DNA from: Catajapyx aquilonaris
Lineage: Eukaryota
Length of the DNA: 64,000 nucleotides
Assembly (NCBI GenBank): GCA_000934665.2
Contig: KZ538139.1
Location: 1 to 64,000 of the forward strand
Direction of reading: 5' to 3'
Under the pieces are notes generated by a model. It did not search any database, was not told the DNA's origin, and was given only the letters and a program-made list of their open reading frames with translations. Shown piece by piece: positions 37,001 to 50,785 of this stretch. Both the position numbers and the translations under genes were made by a program. The first letter of the stretch is position 1, and each line of letters starts with the position of its first letter.

Positions 37001-37485
37001 CCTGCTGTAACTCTTGAAGCCAGTATGATCGCTTCTGAATACTGCCAGCTTCAAATTCATGATCTTCGCCATAATAACTGCCAATAAGAAATTCATTTAG
37101 ATGACACCCAAATTACCCAAACCACTCCTCACCTTATGATAAACTGGCCAGATGACTCCCTCTCAACATCGTAACTAAATGTGGCCACGGATATATCTAT
37201 CTCCTCCAGAGGTTCAGACTCATTTGGAGCTTTATAAATGTACAGCTTGCAGTTTTCAGCGGAGAAGGTAACCCAACGTGACTTTGCTATCCTCCTCCCA
37301 CCTTTTGTAATGACTTTGTTCAGGTAGCCATATAACTTGCGGGTCCTCTCAAGAGAGCCTGTCGGATGCTCATCAGGGAGAGAAGCCCTCTCCGGGTGGG
37401 CTCGTAGAGTAATGTCATCCACTTGGACAGGCTCCGGAGGATCCTCTGGGCAATTCTCGTTGCGTGCCTCTGCCAAAGTCTCCAT
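34001..37485 (-). CDS. TBC1D2: Rab-GAP with PH, coiled-coil and TBC domains (TBC1D2/TBC1D2B family)
   Basis: PH-like KLYGYLNK...KSRWVTF; coiled-coil exons; DKYGF, RGGIP, QIELDLVRTLP (IxxDxxR) and YCQGFN (YxQ); acidic terminus FLSDEED*. Confidence 0.9.
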
Positions 37486-37559
37486 TTGTACTTGCAATCT
37501 ATGAAATCAGAATTGGCATATTTGTAACAAGTGCAAAAGAGGTTTGAAATGACAGGGTA

Positions 37560-38010
37560 CATACGGGTATGCCTAAGCTGACCATATCACTGCTTCAAGT
37601 TCATCCAATACGATGGATTGTTTCAAGGCGTACATGCCCTGCGATTGTCCCTCCCAAACCGAACTTCAAATTAATTTGTCCCATCTACAATCGCAGACGT
37701 GGGCGCGGCCATCTTTCGGACACACATACGCCCCGTTTCAGCCAATTTTAATGAAGTTTTTAAGGAAAAGGCGCCATGTAAAATCCAATATGATTAATAC
37801 GAACAGCCCTGCATGGATCGAATGAGCGTGAGTCACGAGTAGATTAGCCATCGTTTGGATCTGGCTTCGGTGTGTGTTTTGGTGGGCTCCAGCGCCATCT
37901 TGGTTGTATCCTTCTGCTGCCAAGGTCAGTCCGATCGACTGTCCCGTCGGGTTGTGTCCCACCTCCTGAATTCCACAGCTGTCCCGTTCGAGTGAGGGCT
38001 TCCTGCAACC
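37560..38010. promoter_or_regulatory. Probable bidirectional promoter between TBC1D2 and R3HDM4
   Basis: Head-to-head start codons ~525 bp apart; CpG-rich relative to flanks; YY1-like GCCATCTT motifs. Confidence 0.5.
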
Positions 38011-41000
38011 ATGGGGGTGATCAAGGAGAGGCGTCCAGTGGAGTCCGCGGACCAGGACGGACCAGGAGGGAACATCACCAGCGCGTAAGATAGACTTGTA
38101 GTACACTGTACACATCATCATTGCGTCAGATCATACATGATTACTGCAATGGAGGTTATGTCAGCTGGCTCATCACAGCTGATCATCCCCACCTGCCTTT
38201 CCCGCCCGTCAAACTCAAAGCAACGTTGACGTCCTGACGAGATGCACTGGGAAGTTAATTATAAATGCAATTATGTTGACAGGAAGTTATGTAATGGTGC
38301 ACTTGTCATGGTGAATGTCAACCTAATGTCAAGTGTTTTTCTGTTGACTAGCTGATTTACATCTCATTAGGATTATGTCGGCGTGATTTCAATGGGGACT
38401 GTTCACAACACGAATCAAATTATGATTGATTCTTAGGGGGAATTAATGATGTTTTGTTGCTCTTGAACGTTAAGAATTTACTCGAGGCATTGCATTTTTA
38501 TGCGAGCCATTTCCACATGTCAGGAAGGGGTTGATTCAGAGTTGTCGTGTTCACCTGCAGTCAGATTTGCATTATGTAAGTAGTGCCCCATTTGGGATCA
38601 CATTTCCTCCTGCTCTGTACTTTGTATTTTCCTGGGATGACTCAAGAATGCTTTGAATTGAGGTGCTCAGAGGAAGAACGGCATATCCCAACCGACCTAC
38701 AATTTTGAGATTGTAGTGCTGTTGTACTCTCGTACCATCTACCTTTCATTTGGTGAAGTACCAAATGAATTGGGGTATGTCAAAGCTCACATATTCCACT
38801 TCTAAAATTTGTCTGTAATGGAAACACATACACAAACTAAACACAAAAAGCCATTTTTCTCAAAATGAACTTCTGTTGGGATATGCCGTTCTTCCTCTGA
38901 GCGCCGCAATTTGAATAGAGTTTGGGAGATTGTGATGAGATTTAATAAATATTTCAGATATTTTCTTCTAAACATTTCATTTCAAAGACATGATAACAGT
39001 GAAGGAATGTTGAGGACAGTGGTCATCAACCTTGTCATCAACATTTGATCTGCAGACCATTAGAGAAGAGATAGTGTGATGACTTGTTTATTTGTCCAGC
39101 AAATTTTCCAACATAAATAGGTGTTATCGTCTTCTTTCACACTGTCCTCAAACTTACTCGTTAATTATTAAAGATTAGTTGCTGTTATCAGGAAATTATT
39201 AAAAATCAAAGTTATTACTCTAATGAATTATTATGAGAGTTGAACTTGAAGGAAGTTATATTATTCATTAGGGCTCGTAACTTGTGCCCCAGCACATTAC
39301 TTCTTGTCATAAGAAGTCATTCCTACTCCACCTTAAGCATCCTGCAGTTCATTACCAGGGCATCCACATTGTGTTGGCTTGTTTCGTTATAGCTTGGTTG
39401 CACCATGTGGTGACAGCCAAAAAAAAGATAAAGGAAAGGAGGAGGGAGGAGGGAGTGGCATGCATGGAATATTGCACCTCACGTCTCTTTCACAGCACCT
39501 CTCAGGAAAGCCTGGCATTGGCCCCGCCACCTGAGAGTCTGCCCCCTCCTCCAGTGGTGTACCGTCGCTATCGCCCTCGCTCTACATTGCATAGAAATCA
39601 TAACGCTGAGGATACAATGCCTGTGCCCCGCAGCTCAAAGCTCGGTGCCAAGAAGCTGCGCAGATATGAAAACAGTAAGTGTATTCTGCCTGTAGGGAAA
39701 GCACAGCAGTTTTTGAATGACCTTTTGCAGTAGTTGTAAAATCCTGCACTTTCAGTTTGTGAGCTGGTCAGCATGTGCGCTGATGAAGACTTCGGTGAAA
39801 TGACCATCCGAGATTTTATGCCAAACTCTGGGAGCGTCTTTACACGGCTGCTGGAGAATTCCAATTTGATGCAGGTTAGAGCTGCAACAAATTGCTGAAG
39901 TGCATTATTTAATGATTATCAGAAACATACTGTTGTGCTTTTTGGACTCAGCTGACCATTTGAAAGCATAAGCCAAAAGCACTTCACAGCTGTTAGCATC
40001 AGTACTGTACACCTTTCATATTACACTGGTGTTTATGGTCTGAAGTGCACAACCGTCATGTAATGCAACTAGGAAAGACTGTACATTAATTCAGACTTAT
40101 TTAATTTCTGTACATGAAGTGAGGACTAGCCATTATCACGACCCACTCTATCTACCCAAACCAAGCCTGATCTGACACACTTCCGTAGCCCTCAAATCTG
40201 AAATAGATATGTCGGAAGTGATGATGCACATTATTTCCAGTGGCACTGCATAGAAGTCATACAATAAGGTTCATTATGAAATTCTTACTCATCCTGTATG
40301 TGTAATGTTGAATCACTTGATATCAACAACAGTCATGTTGTGTGTGAAATGACATATACCTTAAACAGAGATTTGTGCTGCGTACCCATTTATTTGAAAC
40401 TTCTGCCTTTCCACGATGAAAGGAAGTGGCACTGCAGTACGTGTGAGTGCACGCACCTTTCAAGAGTGTGGAGAAAACACTGCCAAACAAAGTTGCTTAC
40501 CTTGAGATAACTGCATAATTATGCCAGTTGTTTTGGATGATTCTCCTCATTGACTTGCTTGTACGTAGGACTAAAATCAGCTGACAGTAGACAGCCATAT
40601 CCATGGCCATGGGGAAGTGAAAGGAATGAAAGATGGTGACACCCACTGTTGGGGAGGCTGGTAGCAAGGTGGAAAAAATGCATGTGCCTTGGCAGGGCAT
40701 TTAGATCATGGTGCACCTCAAGGGACAGGATGGAGGCAAAGTTTGACCTTGTGATCTCTGCCTTACCAGCATGGACTAGGAGTGTGTTTAGCAGTTCTCT
40801 GTGGCTAAATTCCATATATACCATGGCTGAAGCTATCTACGTACTTGCAGCCTGCCTGTGTAAGGCGGACAATTTTAGTCCCATGTACACGTCATGGTAG
40901 CGTGTCGTTTGCACCTTGTTACATTCTGATGGTATACCGCAGTTGCTACCCCCTCAATTGGAACAAAGATGACAAGAATTGAGTGATATTTTGTGTATCT

Positions 41001-41683
41001 AGATGTGGAATGACTTTATCAGCAGCAGCGAGGAGGCCCAGACCCAAGTACTGCTATCAGGAGCAGCTACAAACAGTATTACAGCTTCGGATAAGGATGT
41101 TGTGCAGGAAGTAAACCCGGAAGCTGCATTCTCAAATATTGATCGTTACCTGCGAAATACGCTCAAGCAGCGCGGCCTGCCTTTGGTATGTTGAAAGAAA
41201 CTGAATTCCATCTACACCACAGCCCTGAGTTAATTTAATGTCTTTTTCCCAGGGCATTGTGCAGTCACTGGAAGGGGAAGTGATCAACTTCTTCATGCAT
41301 ACCCCGGCTTCTGTGTACATATCTGAAGCTCTGCCGGGATTCCAGCGGCTGTTGCTGCATGCCCTGTGCCAGTACAACACACTGATCTCACACAGTGAGT
41401 TCCTTTTGTGATTGTTTTCTAAGAACTTTTGAATTATTGAGCAAAACAGGTTTGATCCTTGAAGAGACAGTACATAAGAGAGACTATTATAGCCTACGTG
41501 CTGTAACTGTGACAGGATTACTCGGTAACAGGACATTGCCTCTGTGCAGGTTTTGGGCAGGAGGGGAAACGCCAGGTCCGTGTGGACAACCCAAATGAGT
41601 CGTTCAACCCTCCTACCTGTACCTTGGCCGAGTACCTGGAGAAAAGGAGACTGCAACTGCAAACGCAGCAACGCAATAACTGA
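38011..41683 (+). CDS. R3HDM4: R3H domain-containing protein 4
   Basis: MGVIKERR exon spliced in phase 2 to 39496; GAKKLRRYEN; SVFTRLL; WNDFISSSEEAQ; R3H core FQRLLLHALCQY; stop 41681-41683. Confidence 0.88.
38660..38907. mobile_element. MITE with 4-bp AATT flanks (possibly Sola-type)
   Basis: TIR gaggtgctcagaggaagaacggcatatcccaac / gttgggatatgccgttcttcctctgagcgccgc, flanked by AATT on each side. Superfamily is tentative. Confidence 0.7.
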
Positions 41684-42609
41684 AAGCACAATCGCAGGGG
41701 ACCAACTGGAATTCTTCGCTTGACATCATACTTTTAACTTTACCCCCAGTCCCAGGCTTTCCTGTAAAATCACCTGTCTTGCCATGTTGTGTGTAAGTGT
41801 TCACTGCCCAGTTAACAAGGTACATGACCCACTACACAAATCCAAAATAAAATGCAAATCAAACTTATGATGTAAGGATCGTTCCAGTAATGCAACAATA
41901 CAGAGGTCAGTACCACTTGCCTTAACCTGCATTAACCGTACCTCCCTATGCTTCGTCCAGGCAAAACAAATATTGACCCCTTGTCACGGCGTTTAGTATG
42001 TACAGTAATGTAGCTGTGATGCAATTTTTGGGAGGCTTTTGTATATTTTAATTTCATAAATTGGCAACCACTTATTTTATCTGTAAAAAAAAGGTTGCTC
42101 TTTCAATGCATCTGCAATATTGTCACCAACAATACGCAACATATTGTTAACTTCGGATGGGAAATGCGGATGCATACAAAAAATTCTGGCTGTCCAACTT
42201 CATTCCCAAGTTTCTGACTTTTTATTTACAATGATGATTATTATAAACGTATCCCAGTCACCTTTTTTGAAGTGTTGGGTGTGTATGTATATAGATATAT
42301 GTACTTCTTTTTGTCTGGCTATTGTATCGCAATGTCCATTTGATAAATGGGGCTGTTTACTGATGACACCACCAGATGGACTTGTTTTTCTTTGTAAACG
42401 ATGGGGGGGCACTATGGGATAAAAGCCCACTGCATGTAAAAATAACATCAATGATATTTTTCTTCACGTTCGAAAGCAACAGGGTTTTCCCAAACAGGGG
42501 TAGGGCATACCACACCACATAAATGTATACAATGATCTGTTTTTTGCATTTCTAGAAGTTTTCACTGGGAGGGTGAGAGTGCATCTTCATGTTTCGGTGA
42601 AAGCAGCAA

Positions 42610-44615
42610 TCACCTGGCTGCACTGCTTCCACTCTGAAGGTGGTTTGGCGCATCTGCGAACATGTACTTGAGTCGGAAGGCCTCAGCCACCATGAGGCTG
42701 ACGTCGGAGTCGTTCCAGTTGTGAGTAGGCAGGTTCTGGAGGAACAGCATCAGACCCTGGGCACACAGAAAAACAATCATGTTAAATTCCTCTGCACATT
42801 GCCTAGGTATTTTAATGAGGAAGGGCAACCAAAGATTTTGGACTTACCTGGAAGTCCCGCTCCCTCAGAAGTTCCTTCCTCCAGTTGAGCAGGAAAGCAG
42901 CACAGACGTAGAGGTGGAAGGCACCAAACCCATCTGGTTCAGACAAGTAGGTGTCCCATAGGCGTATGGTGCATCGGAGGGGCAGTTCCCTCATCAAGAG
43001 GTTATTCATCCAGCGGAAAGAAAACTGGAGGTAGTCCACCTCATGTGACTGGAGGTGCCTGTGTAGCGGAACTGAAAAAGTGGCCATAATTAGAGCAAAT
43101 ACGAAACCCTCCAGTCAGCCAAATGCATACATGTTCTGCAAGTGAGTACAATGCTGATAACTGCAAAATATTTTATTCGTAATTTTAATAGCTTGCATAA
43201 ACATTAATGATGAGATCGCATCCTTACCGTCCACTCTGCACACAAGCTCCTTCAGCTGGTTGACCTTTTGCTGTATCCCTGGTTGCGCAAAGGTGTAGTT
43301 GTCCTGTATGCTGTCAAGGAACTTGGACATGCACCAGAAGGAATCTGCCTCGATGCTGTCCCTTTGGTGCTGCAGCAGCTGTGACACATTGTAGGTATCC
43401 AGTTCCTCCCCTGCTGGCAGAACCTCCTCCAGGAAGACCACAAAGAACGGGGTCACCAGGTCATTCATTCCCTGGACGTATCCTGATGCAGGGTGGCGTA
43501 TGGCCCAGATGAAGAGGACTCGCTCAAACATTTCTTGGACTGCTGTCTGCTGGAAGAGGGCTATCAGGGGGCTCATGCGAGGGATGTCTATGTGAATCTG
43601 GCGGAAAGTGTCCTCATGGCTGTCTTCTAGACGGGAATCATAGTACTGAGACACAAAGTTCCAGTACTCCTCACGCTTGCGGTCAAGAACCTGTTGCCGT
43701 CTTTCCATATTTGCTGGAAGGTATCCCTGCAATGAATGAGAAAATACTGAAGTTACAGGGTGTTCAGTAAATTTTTTAAATGGAAAGGGGGGTGATTACT
43801 TGGTCTATTTCAAGACTAAATGCCCATAACATCAATGTAAGAATTAGCTGCATCCTAAAATTATGTAGATACTGACTGAAAGCAGTCTCCAGGCAGTGCC
43901 CCTGACAGGTGTGGGCACTCCCGACCAGCTGAGATGTCTAAGGTCGTCCAGGTCAGCATTTTGCACCTCGAGCAGCGCCTTGAACTTATCCACCTTGGCA
44001 CTCTCCCTGTCTGTCAGTTGTTTTGATTGTGGGAGACCCCCAGGGTGTGGCCTCCCTCCCATGGCCCTGGGTCGTCCTGGGATATTCTTGTTGCGGGAGC
44101 CCCCCATCATCATTGGCGGAGATCCTGATCTGGACCTCCGCTGCGGGGATGGGACATGACGCTGTGATGCAAGGCGCTGCATAGCCTCTGCACACTTCTC
44201 TTGAGACAGAGAAGGGTCCTCACAAAAACAATCCTCTTTCGAACTCTCACTCATTGAGTGACGGTGGCTGTCAAGGGAGAAGTGGATTATTATTCACTTC
44301 ATTTGCACTTGTGACCAACCATGCAATGCAACCTTGTCCAAGTGCGTACCTATTGATGACGCTGAGGGCCGTAGACTGCGCCATCCTCCGTGAGATCTTG
44401 ACGTCTGACGCAACGTAGAACTCATCGTCTCCCATGTCCCAGGCGTCACTGACGCTGTTCTGGAAGTCCTCGAAGGAGGCAGAGCTGGCTGCAGCCCCTG
44501 CCCCCCTGGAGGCATGGCTGCTGGCCATGTCCCTCTTTGGGCTAGGCCGCCCTGGCACCGCGTGGCCACTCTTCTTCCAAAAGGAGGCCCGGCTGTCCGC
44601 CCCGTATCCTTCCAT
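42610..44615 (-). CDS. TBC1D22: Rab-GAP TBC1 domain family member 22 (Gyp1 orthologue)
   Basis: SFWKK, SVSDAWD, LSWSGVP, QIHIDIPRM, ASGYVQGMNDLVTPF, DNYTFAQPGIQ, QFSFRWMNNLLMRE, LKYMFADAPNH. Confidence 0.95.
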
Positions 44616-45391
44616 CTACCTACGAGGCCTGCTCCTCTTCAGGTCTCTTTCCCGGCATGACTCTTGGGCAAAACCAGTACCCAGCCAACTGCATCCGCCT
44701 ACGAGGCGCGAAGACAGGTCCTGGGCAGCAGGCACACTTCACCCGACAATCTCCTGGCCAGGCTGGATGCAGCCAGAGTCCGTTACGTGCACTGACACCT
44801 TCGGCAGGGGCTGGCTGGACCCTGCCTTGTAAATCAGACACGTATTCTTAGATCTCCCGTCCACTTCCAACTGCCATCTTTTTTTGCTGAAGCTTTCCTT
44901 CATGTTGGCAAACACTGGCCAGGTTCATGCCGATGCATTAACCGAAAACGAATCGGACCTTGCATTAATATTTAATCCCAGGGCTTATTTGAATTTGTTC
45001 GGTTATACGCATTTATCTTGTGGGTGTTGAGGCTGGCAGTACTGTTGCTGAGCGACGCCATCTTTGTCATCCTACTTGGAAGGAACCAATCCCACGGGAG
45101 GAAACAGGGTCATGTGACCGAAGGAGCTTCAATATGGTGGCGATCACTTTCATTCAAACCGGCTTCAGGGTTGGGCCCACACAGGGCTGTCATGTCACGT
45201 GACCTCAAGAGTTCCAATATGGCTCCGTGCAGTGGCTTCCATTCGGCGAGTGTCCCCCGTCCACATTGCGATTGATTCCCGTTGTGGCCTGGAAGGACGA
45301 AGCCATGTTGGCCGTCTTTTCAGTCTCCAAACGAGGGTCATGTGACGTGAGAGGGCCAATCGGAAGGCCCACCACCCTTGCACATCGGTGT

Positions 45392-45841
45392 CAGTGTTAC
45401 CAGATGTACCATAATTATGGTATTCATACCATATTTTCGGGTTCCGTACCATGTACCATAATGGTACGCAAAAAGTACCTTATTTTGTCATGTCCAATGT
45501 TACTCTGTAATTCCACTTCCATGAAAAAAGTGATACCAATTTAACCACATATACACCTATTCAGATCTCCCAGTAGGTTACATTCACCAAAACTTGTGTG
45601 ACCTTGAACCTAAAAAAAAATCGCCTGCGGCGCGCTTTTCCCTCCCCGCCAGTACTTTACTACTTTCCCCGGTTTCGACTACTTTATCATGTTTAACTTT
45701 TTAATTACGGCTATTTAAATTTAAATTGTCTTTAATTAACATTAATTACACCATTTTTGAAATGTACCATCTTTTCCGGAAAAGTACCATTAATTTCGAG
45801 GGTTGGTACCATTTACTCGATCTCACGATCTGGCAACTCTG
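45392..45841. mobile_element. hAT-type MITE (450 bp)
   Basis: TIR cagtgttaccagat / atctggcaactctg; perfect 8-bp TSD ATCGGTGT; repeated (g)taccat subterminal motifs. Confidence 0.88.
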
Positions 45842-48800
45842 ATCGGTGTGTGTGTGTGTGCATTGTGCCTGATCCGTCTGCAGCACACATTGCACACATC
45901 GGAGTCCCTGTGTGTGCTGCACAGCATGGTCTTCGGGAGTCTCAACTGAACGTGGTGCACACTGCACAGAAGGGATCCGGAGTCGCAGATAGGGAGGGCA
46001 GCATTGTGCCCCCAAGGCGTCTGTTCCTATAGGGACAGATCGGCAGGGAAGTCCTGTCCACCCCTCGCAAATGTAAGTCCCTGATGCATCATGTTGCACT
46101 CAGACTGGGAATGCCAGTGTGTCATGTGCCACAGGGTCACACTCGTGCAGGTGCCTTGTACTCTGATGTAGAGTCAAGAATGTTCCGACACACAAATCAT
46201 GAATGACAGTTGTGTTGTTGACAGCTAGCACTCCAGAAGCACAGATGGACTTTGTCCAAGTGCAGTACAGTTGTACATGTGGTTGTGTTATGAGTACCAG
46301 ATCAATGCTGGCAACCTGCCCAGGTTTCAGTTTGCCTGTTGTCTCTTCATTTTAAAGCGACACTAATGATTCCAGGACATGCAAAATGTTGTGTTTTAAT
46401 TGTGACTATAACTGCCAGTATTGTGATTTATGTGCGTCACTCTAATCAGTTTTATGGACCACATGCAGACTGGTTGTTGCTGTGTTGGTCACTGAACCTG
46501 CCTGGTATTTCTAACCCTCATTGTCATTTAATTGATGTCACAGTGCCCTTTGGGGTGTATCTTCACATCTTCCCATCCATAGCCTATAAGCTGTATTGCT
46601 GCAAGATTCATTCTGAATTTTATTTGCATCCGTATGCAATTTTTTCTACATAACAGTGGGAAATTGCTGATTCATATTGTTCTTGTAGTGATAGCTCTTA
46701 CATAAGTAATTTTGTTGAATTGACCTTGATTCTCCCAATCATTTGGAGGTGTCTTGCTTACTTCTGGTTAATATTGTTCAATATATTTAAAAGCACATTA
46801 ATGTTTCTCTCATGTATAAAGGAATGCTGGTAATAATTTTCAAACATTCATTGTAATGTGATTGATTTACTCTGCCCATGCATAACCATTTAATGGGATT
46901 CACAATAAGAGCAGGTTTATGGTTTGTTTAAGTGGGAAGGAGCCAAAGCAAGTAAGGTTATCTGGCTATTAAACAGATACAAAGGTAGAGCAGAGGCAGA
47001 AACAAAACAAGGGAAAGACTGGTCTGTATTCTACCTCAAAAAGGCCTTTGTCTTGGGTAACCCCGACAAATGTTACCACCAACATAGCTCTCGGGGTCAC
47101 TGGAGGATACAGAAGGCCCCTGCCCATCCCTCCCCTCACTACATTTCAAACTGTGCAATGGCACAGGATACGTCTTCGTTTATTTACATTTGAGAGAAGT
47201 CAATGATGGCAATGTGAAGGTAGTGGCCAGAGCAATCTTCCTGATTAGATAGAAAAATCTAGTTTTATCTTAACTGATATTAGATAGCTTTAAGGACCCT
47301 TCGTTGAAGATTGCCAATTTTCAAAAAGCATAGACACACCTCGGAGCAGGCAACATGGTAAGCGTAATTAATTATATGAAAATTTTTAGTTCGAGTCAGT
47401 AAAAGTGTGACATGGAAAACAAAGTTCGTTGGAATGTTCTTATCATGCTCGCAGGAGGATTACAAAACTGGCAAAGCATTTATTATATAAGGTCTTGGGT
47501 AAATACATTTTTAAGTAGGCAGTTGTTATGGATCTTGAGCAGCAAAAAACACATGAACAAAGAGAGAATAACTATGAGAGAATACTGCTCCTGCTCTTTA
47601 TGAAAGATATATTCACGTAAAGAGGTCAACCTTTTGAAGGTCACGAATATTCATTGTCATGTTATGAGAAAGAATGAGCACTGTGTTTATTTGTAATATT
47701 GCCTTGTGTGATATATTTATTGGTGTTATTATTTTGTTGCCCTTATGAATCAGGCTCCCTATAGGGGCAGTTCTGGTTGTGGCTAATTAATGATTGCATG
47801 AGTGCAGGTAGCATGATCGTTGTGAACATCTGCTGTTACTGGGGAATTCAGATTTATAGTGCCATTAGATGGTCAGGGCCAGACAGCAATTTGCTAAGGA
47901 AATAATTATCTCCTTATGCAACCGGAAATTTAGCCAATTGTAGTGACGTTTGAATTCTCTCTCATGTTTTAGAAATTGCTTTGATCTTATAATAATTTAC
48001 ATGATTTCATGACTCGAAATATGGGCAGGAATTCACGGCAGTCTTTATGGAGCAGGCAACCATTTGGACGCTCCAGGGAAAAGTGAGGAAGTGGAATGGG
48101 AAAATATTCCAAGAAACTTTTTTTTTATACATCATGCCTCCTTTCGACGTGGAGCAGGGAAAGCTGACTTATTAGGTTTCTCCCACTTTCTAATACTTAC
48201 AGTCGTGAAATGAGGCTGCACAGTGAGGAATGATTGGTAGTGTATGTTTTGTGGCCGGAAAGTACTGGGAAATGGTGCCATATTAGATTCCAAACACTTC
48301 TTTTATTGCAGCAAGCTGACGGAGAGTGTAATTGAGAGATACTTGACCGGCTATCTGGCCCAGCACATCACTCATTTCCCCCTGGCTTGTCATGTTAACA
48401 ATGTTGCATGCTTGCAGATTCTTTTTCAGGACTTCTTGCATGCAGACTGGCACGGTGACAGGAAGTTTTCAATTTCATAATATGCGCATTTGATTTAAAT
48501 ATATTTCAAGGTGTGCTGTGCATCCTGTGCACTTTCTCCTGGTTTTATGCATATCTAATGTGTGGACAGAAAAAGAATATCAGCAGTCAGAAACAAATGC
48601 AGGAAAGTGTCAGTATTTTGATCCCAAGGGATGCTTGGATAGGCTGAAAACCTGCTTGGCCAGGTTGAAAGTAGGTCAGAAGGATATGAGCATTAAATCA
48701 GTACCGGGAGTTATAACTTGTGTTTACTTCCTTTTTCTAGTCGTGGGATCAATATTATTCTTGGTCGTGGCAGTCACTTATGTGCAAAAAAACATGAATA

Positions 48801-50232
48801 ATTAATTGCTTATGATTGCACTCAATCGTAAGATGTTATTCCTGAATTGTGAGAGTTACCCTTGAGCCAACATATGATGATAAAAATGTGTTTTTATTAC
48901 AATTACTTTTTTTTTGGGTGCAATATATTAGCAGTTGTTGGTGACTTACTGCATCCAATTTGGCATGGTACGTATTTGTGAAGTAAAAGCAGAAGTTATT
49001 CTTCTGTTACGTAAGCACCACCTGAGGTGATTAGTTCTCGCTGCATCAAAGTTATTGTCACATTTTTCAAGTAACAAGGGCATGTTGTACTTGGGGGAAT
49101 GTGTTACTGCTAGGTAAAGCATTTTCAAGGGCTAGTCACACGTCACATGGAAGGGTGGCGGGACATGTGGGGGAAGTGGTGAGGGGCAGTTGGGGGAATT
49201 TACCAGTAGTCAGAATCGAGGCAGTGATTGTGCCGCACTTTGAGTGCTGCTTGTCTAATATCCAGGAGAAAGTTACAACCATGGCTGTTGCTGTTACTGT
49301 ATGTATGCATGCTTCATGTTACCATTTGACAGGATGTCTTTCTAAACACCGTTGTTTTTTAAAACTTGCTTAACTGATAGATCGTGATCCATCTTATTCA
49401 TTATTATGTTAGTTATCTTAGAAGTAATTTAGGCACAGAAAAGAATTGCTCGGTTTGCCAAAACGATAAAATAGGGCTGCGTAGGTGTTGCGTTGTAGAT
49501 TATTTAATGCTTTCATTGATCTCACTGGTCTGCAGTAGTATTTTCTGTACACTGAATAATGCATGTACTGGGCTAGAGGATGTAGTTATTGTAATTTGAT
49601 GAAATTATGAGGCTAACATATTAAAATTTATTATTAAAGCTGTGCATGGCGCACACAATGGTTCCATAATTTATTGACAGTGCATTTCAAATGTTGCAGA
49701 AGTTTTAAGTGTTTTGTGGTTTGGCAGAAAGATAAAATTTGAGGCAAAGTCATGGTGACAAAGGAGGATTATTTTACAGTTAACACTTTTTAAAGCGTGT
49801 TTCATGGATTGTGAAAACAGTTGAGCATTCCTGAGTGACATTCTTGGAACAAGTGTGATTTTATGACTCCTAGTAAGCCTAATTTATATTACAGGTGTAT
49901 TTTTTGCCTATTACTGCACATGTGGTATAGCAGTCATGTAGTAATTTCCTACAATTATTTTTTGCAGCATTTGCCTTGGAGTGTGTGCTAAGAATGAAAT
50001 GACTGTAAAAACAATTCCTGTTTTAAGAAAAAGACTTACAGAAGAACGTGTTTTTTCGTGAACTTGGGAAATTCTCACCTTGACAGCGTCCTCCATTTGT
50101 ATGAGTAGGTGAATACTGCTTATTTGAAGGACGTACAATAGATAATAACAGTTTAGAGATTTCTTGAGGAATCCCGTGTGAACTGTGATGGCAGTGTGAA
50201 TTAGTAAATGCTAGTACAGTATTTGTACCGAA

Positions 50233-50410
50233 GCAGGTTGGCATAGTGGATAAGGCGTCCGACTGCTAATCGGGAGGTCCTGGGTTCGAATCCCGGGGCC
50301 GGCAACCTTGACTGTGGTTTTCTGTGGTTTTCCACGGTCTTTCTAGGATAATTCCGGGGTCGCTTCCGTATAACAGGCCACAGCCGCTTCCTTCCTTCCC
50401 TATCCTTGGA
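50233..50410 (+). mobile_element. tRNA-derived SINE
   Basis: Pol III A box TGGCATAGTGG, B box GGTTCGAATCCC and an anticodon-like arm, but a poorly paired acceptor stem, followed by a non-tRNA body (gtggttttcc...ggccacagccgcttccttcc). The 3' end is approximate. Confidence 0.75.
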
Positions 50411-50785
50411 GGTTGAATGGCAAATGCTGGGCCAACCTCCTTAAATATCAATTAAAGTACAGTTTTTGTTTACCACTTTGTCAGTAAATCAGGAAAACAA
50501 ATTTAATCTGAATGATTATAGCTTGAAATATTAATTGAAGGGTTTGAAGCCATTCATGCAGCACAGGCATTACATCAGAACACCATAGCTAAAGTTATGT
50601 ATCTTTGTTGCAAGCTGATGAACTTTATCTGCAGGTCATGACTTCTTGCCCAGAGTTCATTTCCTATTCAGTCCTGTATCTTTATTATGAAGTATAAATA
50701 GTGCTCTAACTTGTAAGTTCAGTGGGTTTGAATGTATCAATATTTTCAGAGTGTACCTCGGCAAAGTGCTAGCAACAAACCTGCC

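Noticed and set aside
40519..40824. 101-aa minus-strand ORF in an R3HDM4 intron as a nested gene or transposase
   Set aside because: No convincing motif, splice structure or TIRs; at most a decayed repeat.
34001..44615. TBC1D2 and TBC1D22 as a tandem duplicate pair
   Set aside because: They belong to different ancient TBC subfamilies with different architecture; proximity is probably incidental.
50233..50305. Functional tRNA-Ser(GCT) gene
   Set aside because: The acceptor stem pairs poorly, there is no long variable arm as expected for tRNA-Ser, and a SINE-like body follows directly.
46070..50750. Short ORFs between TBC1D22 and the TTC39 start
   Set aside because: AT-rich sequence without motifs or consistent exon phases; best read as TTC39 5' UTR and intron.
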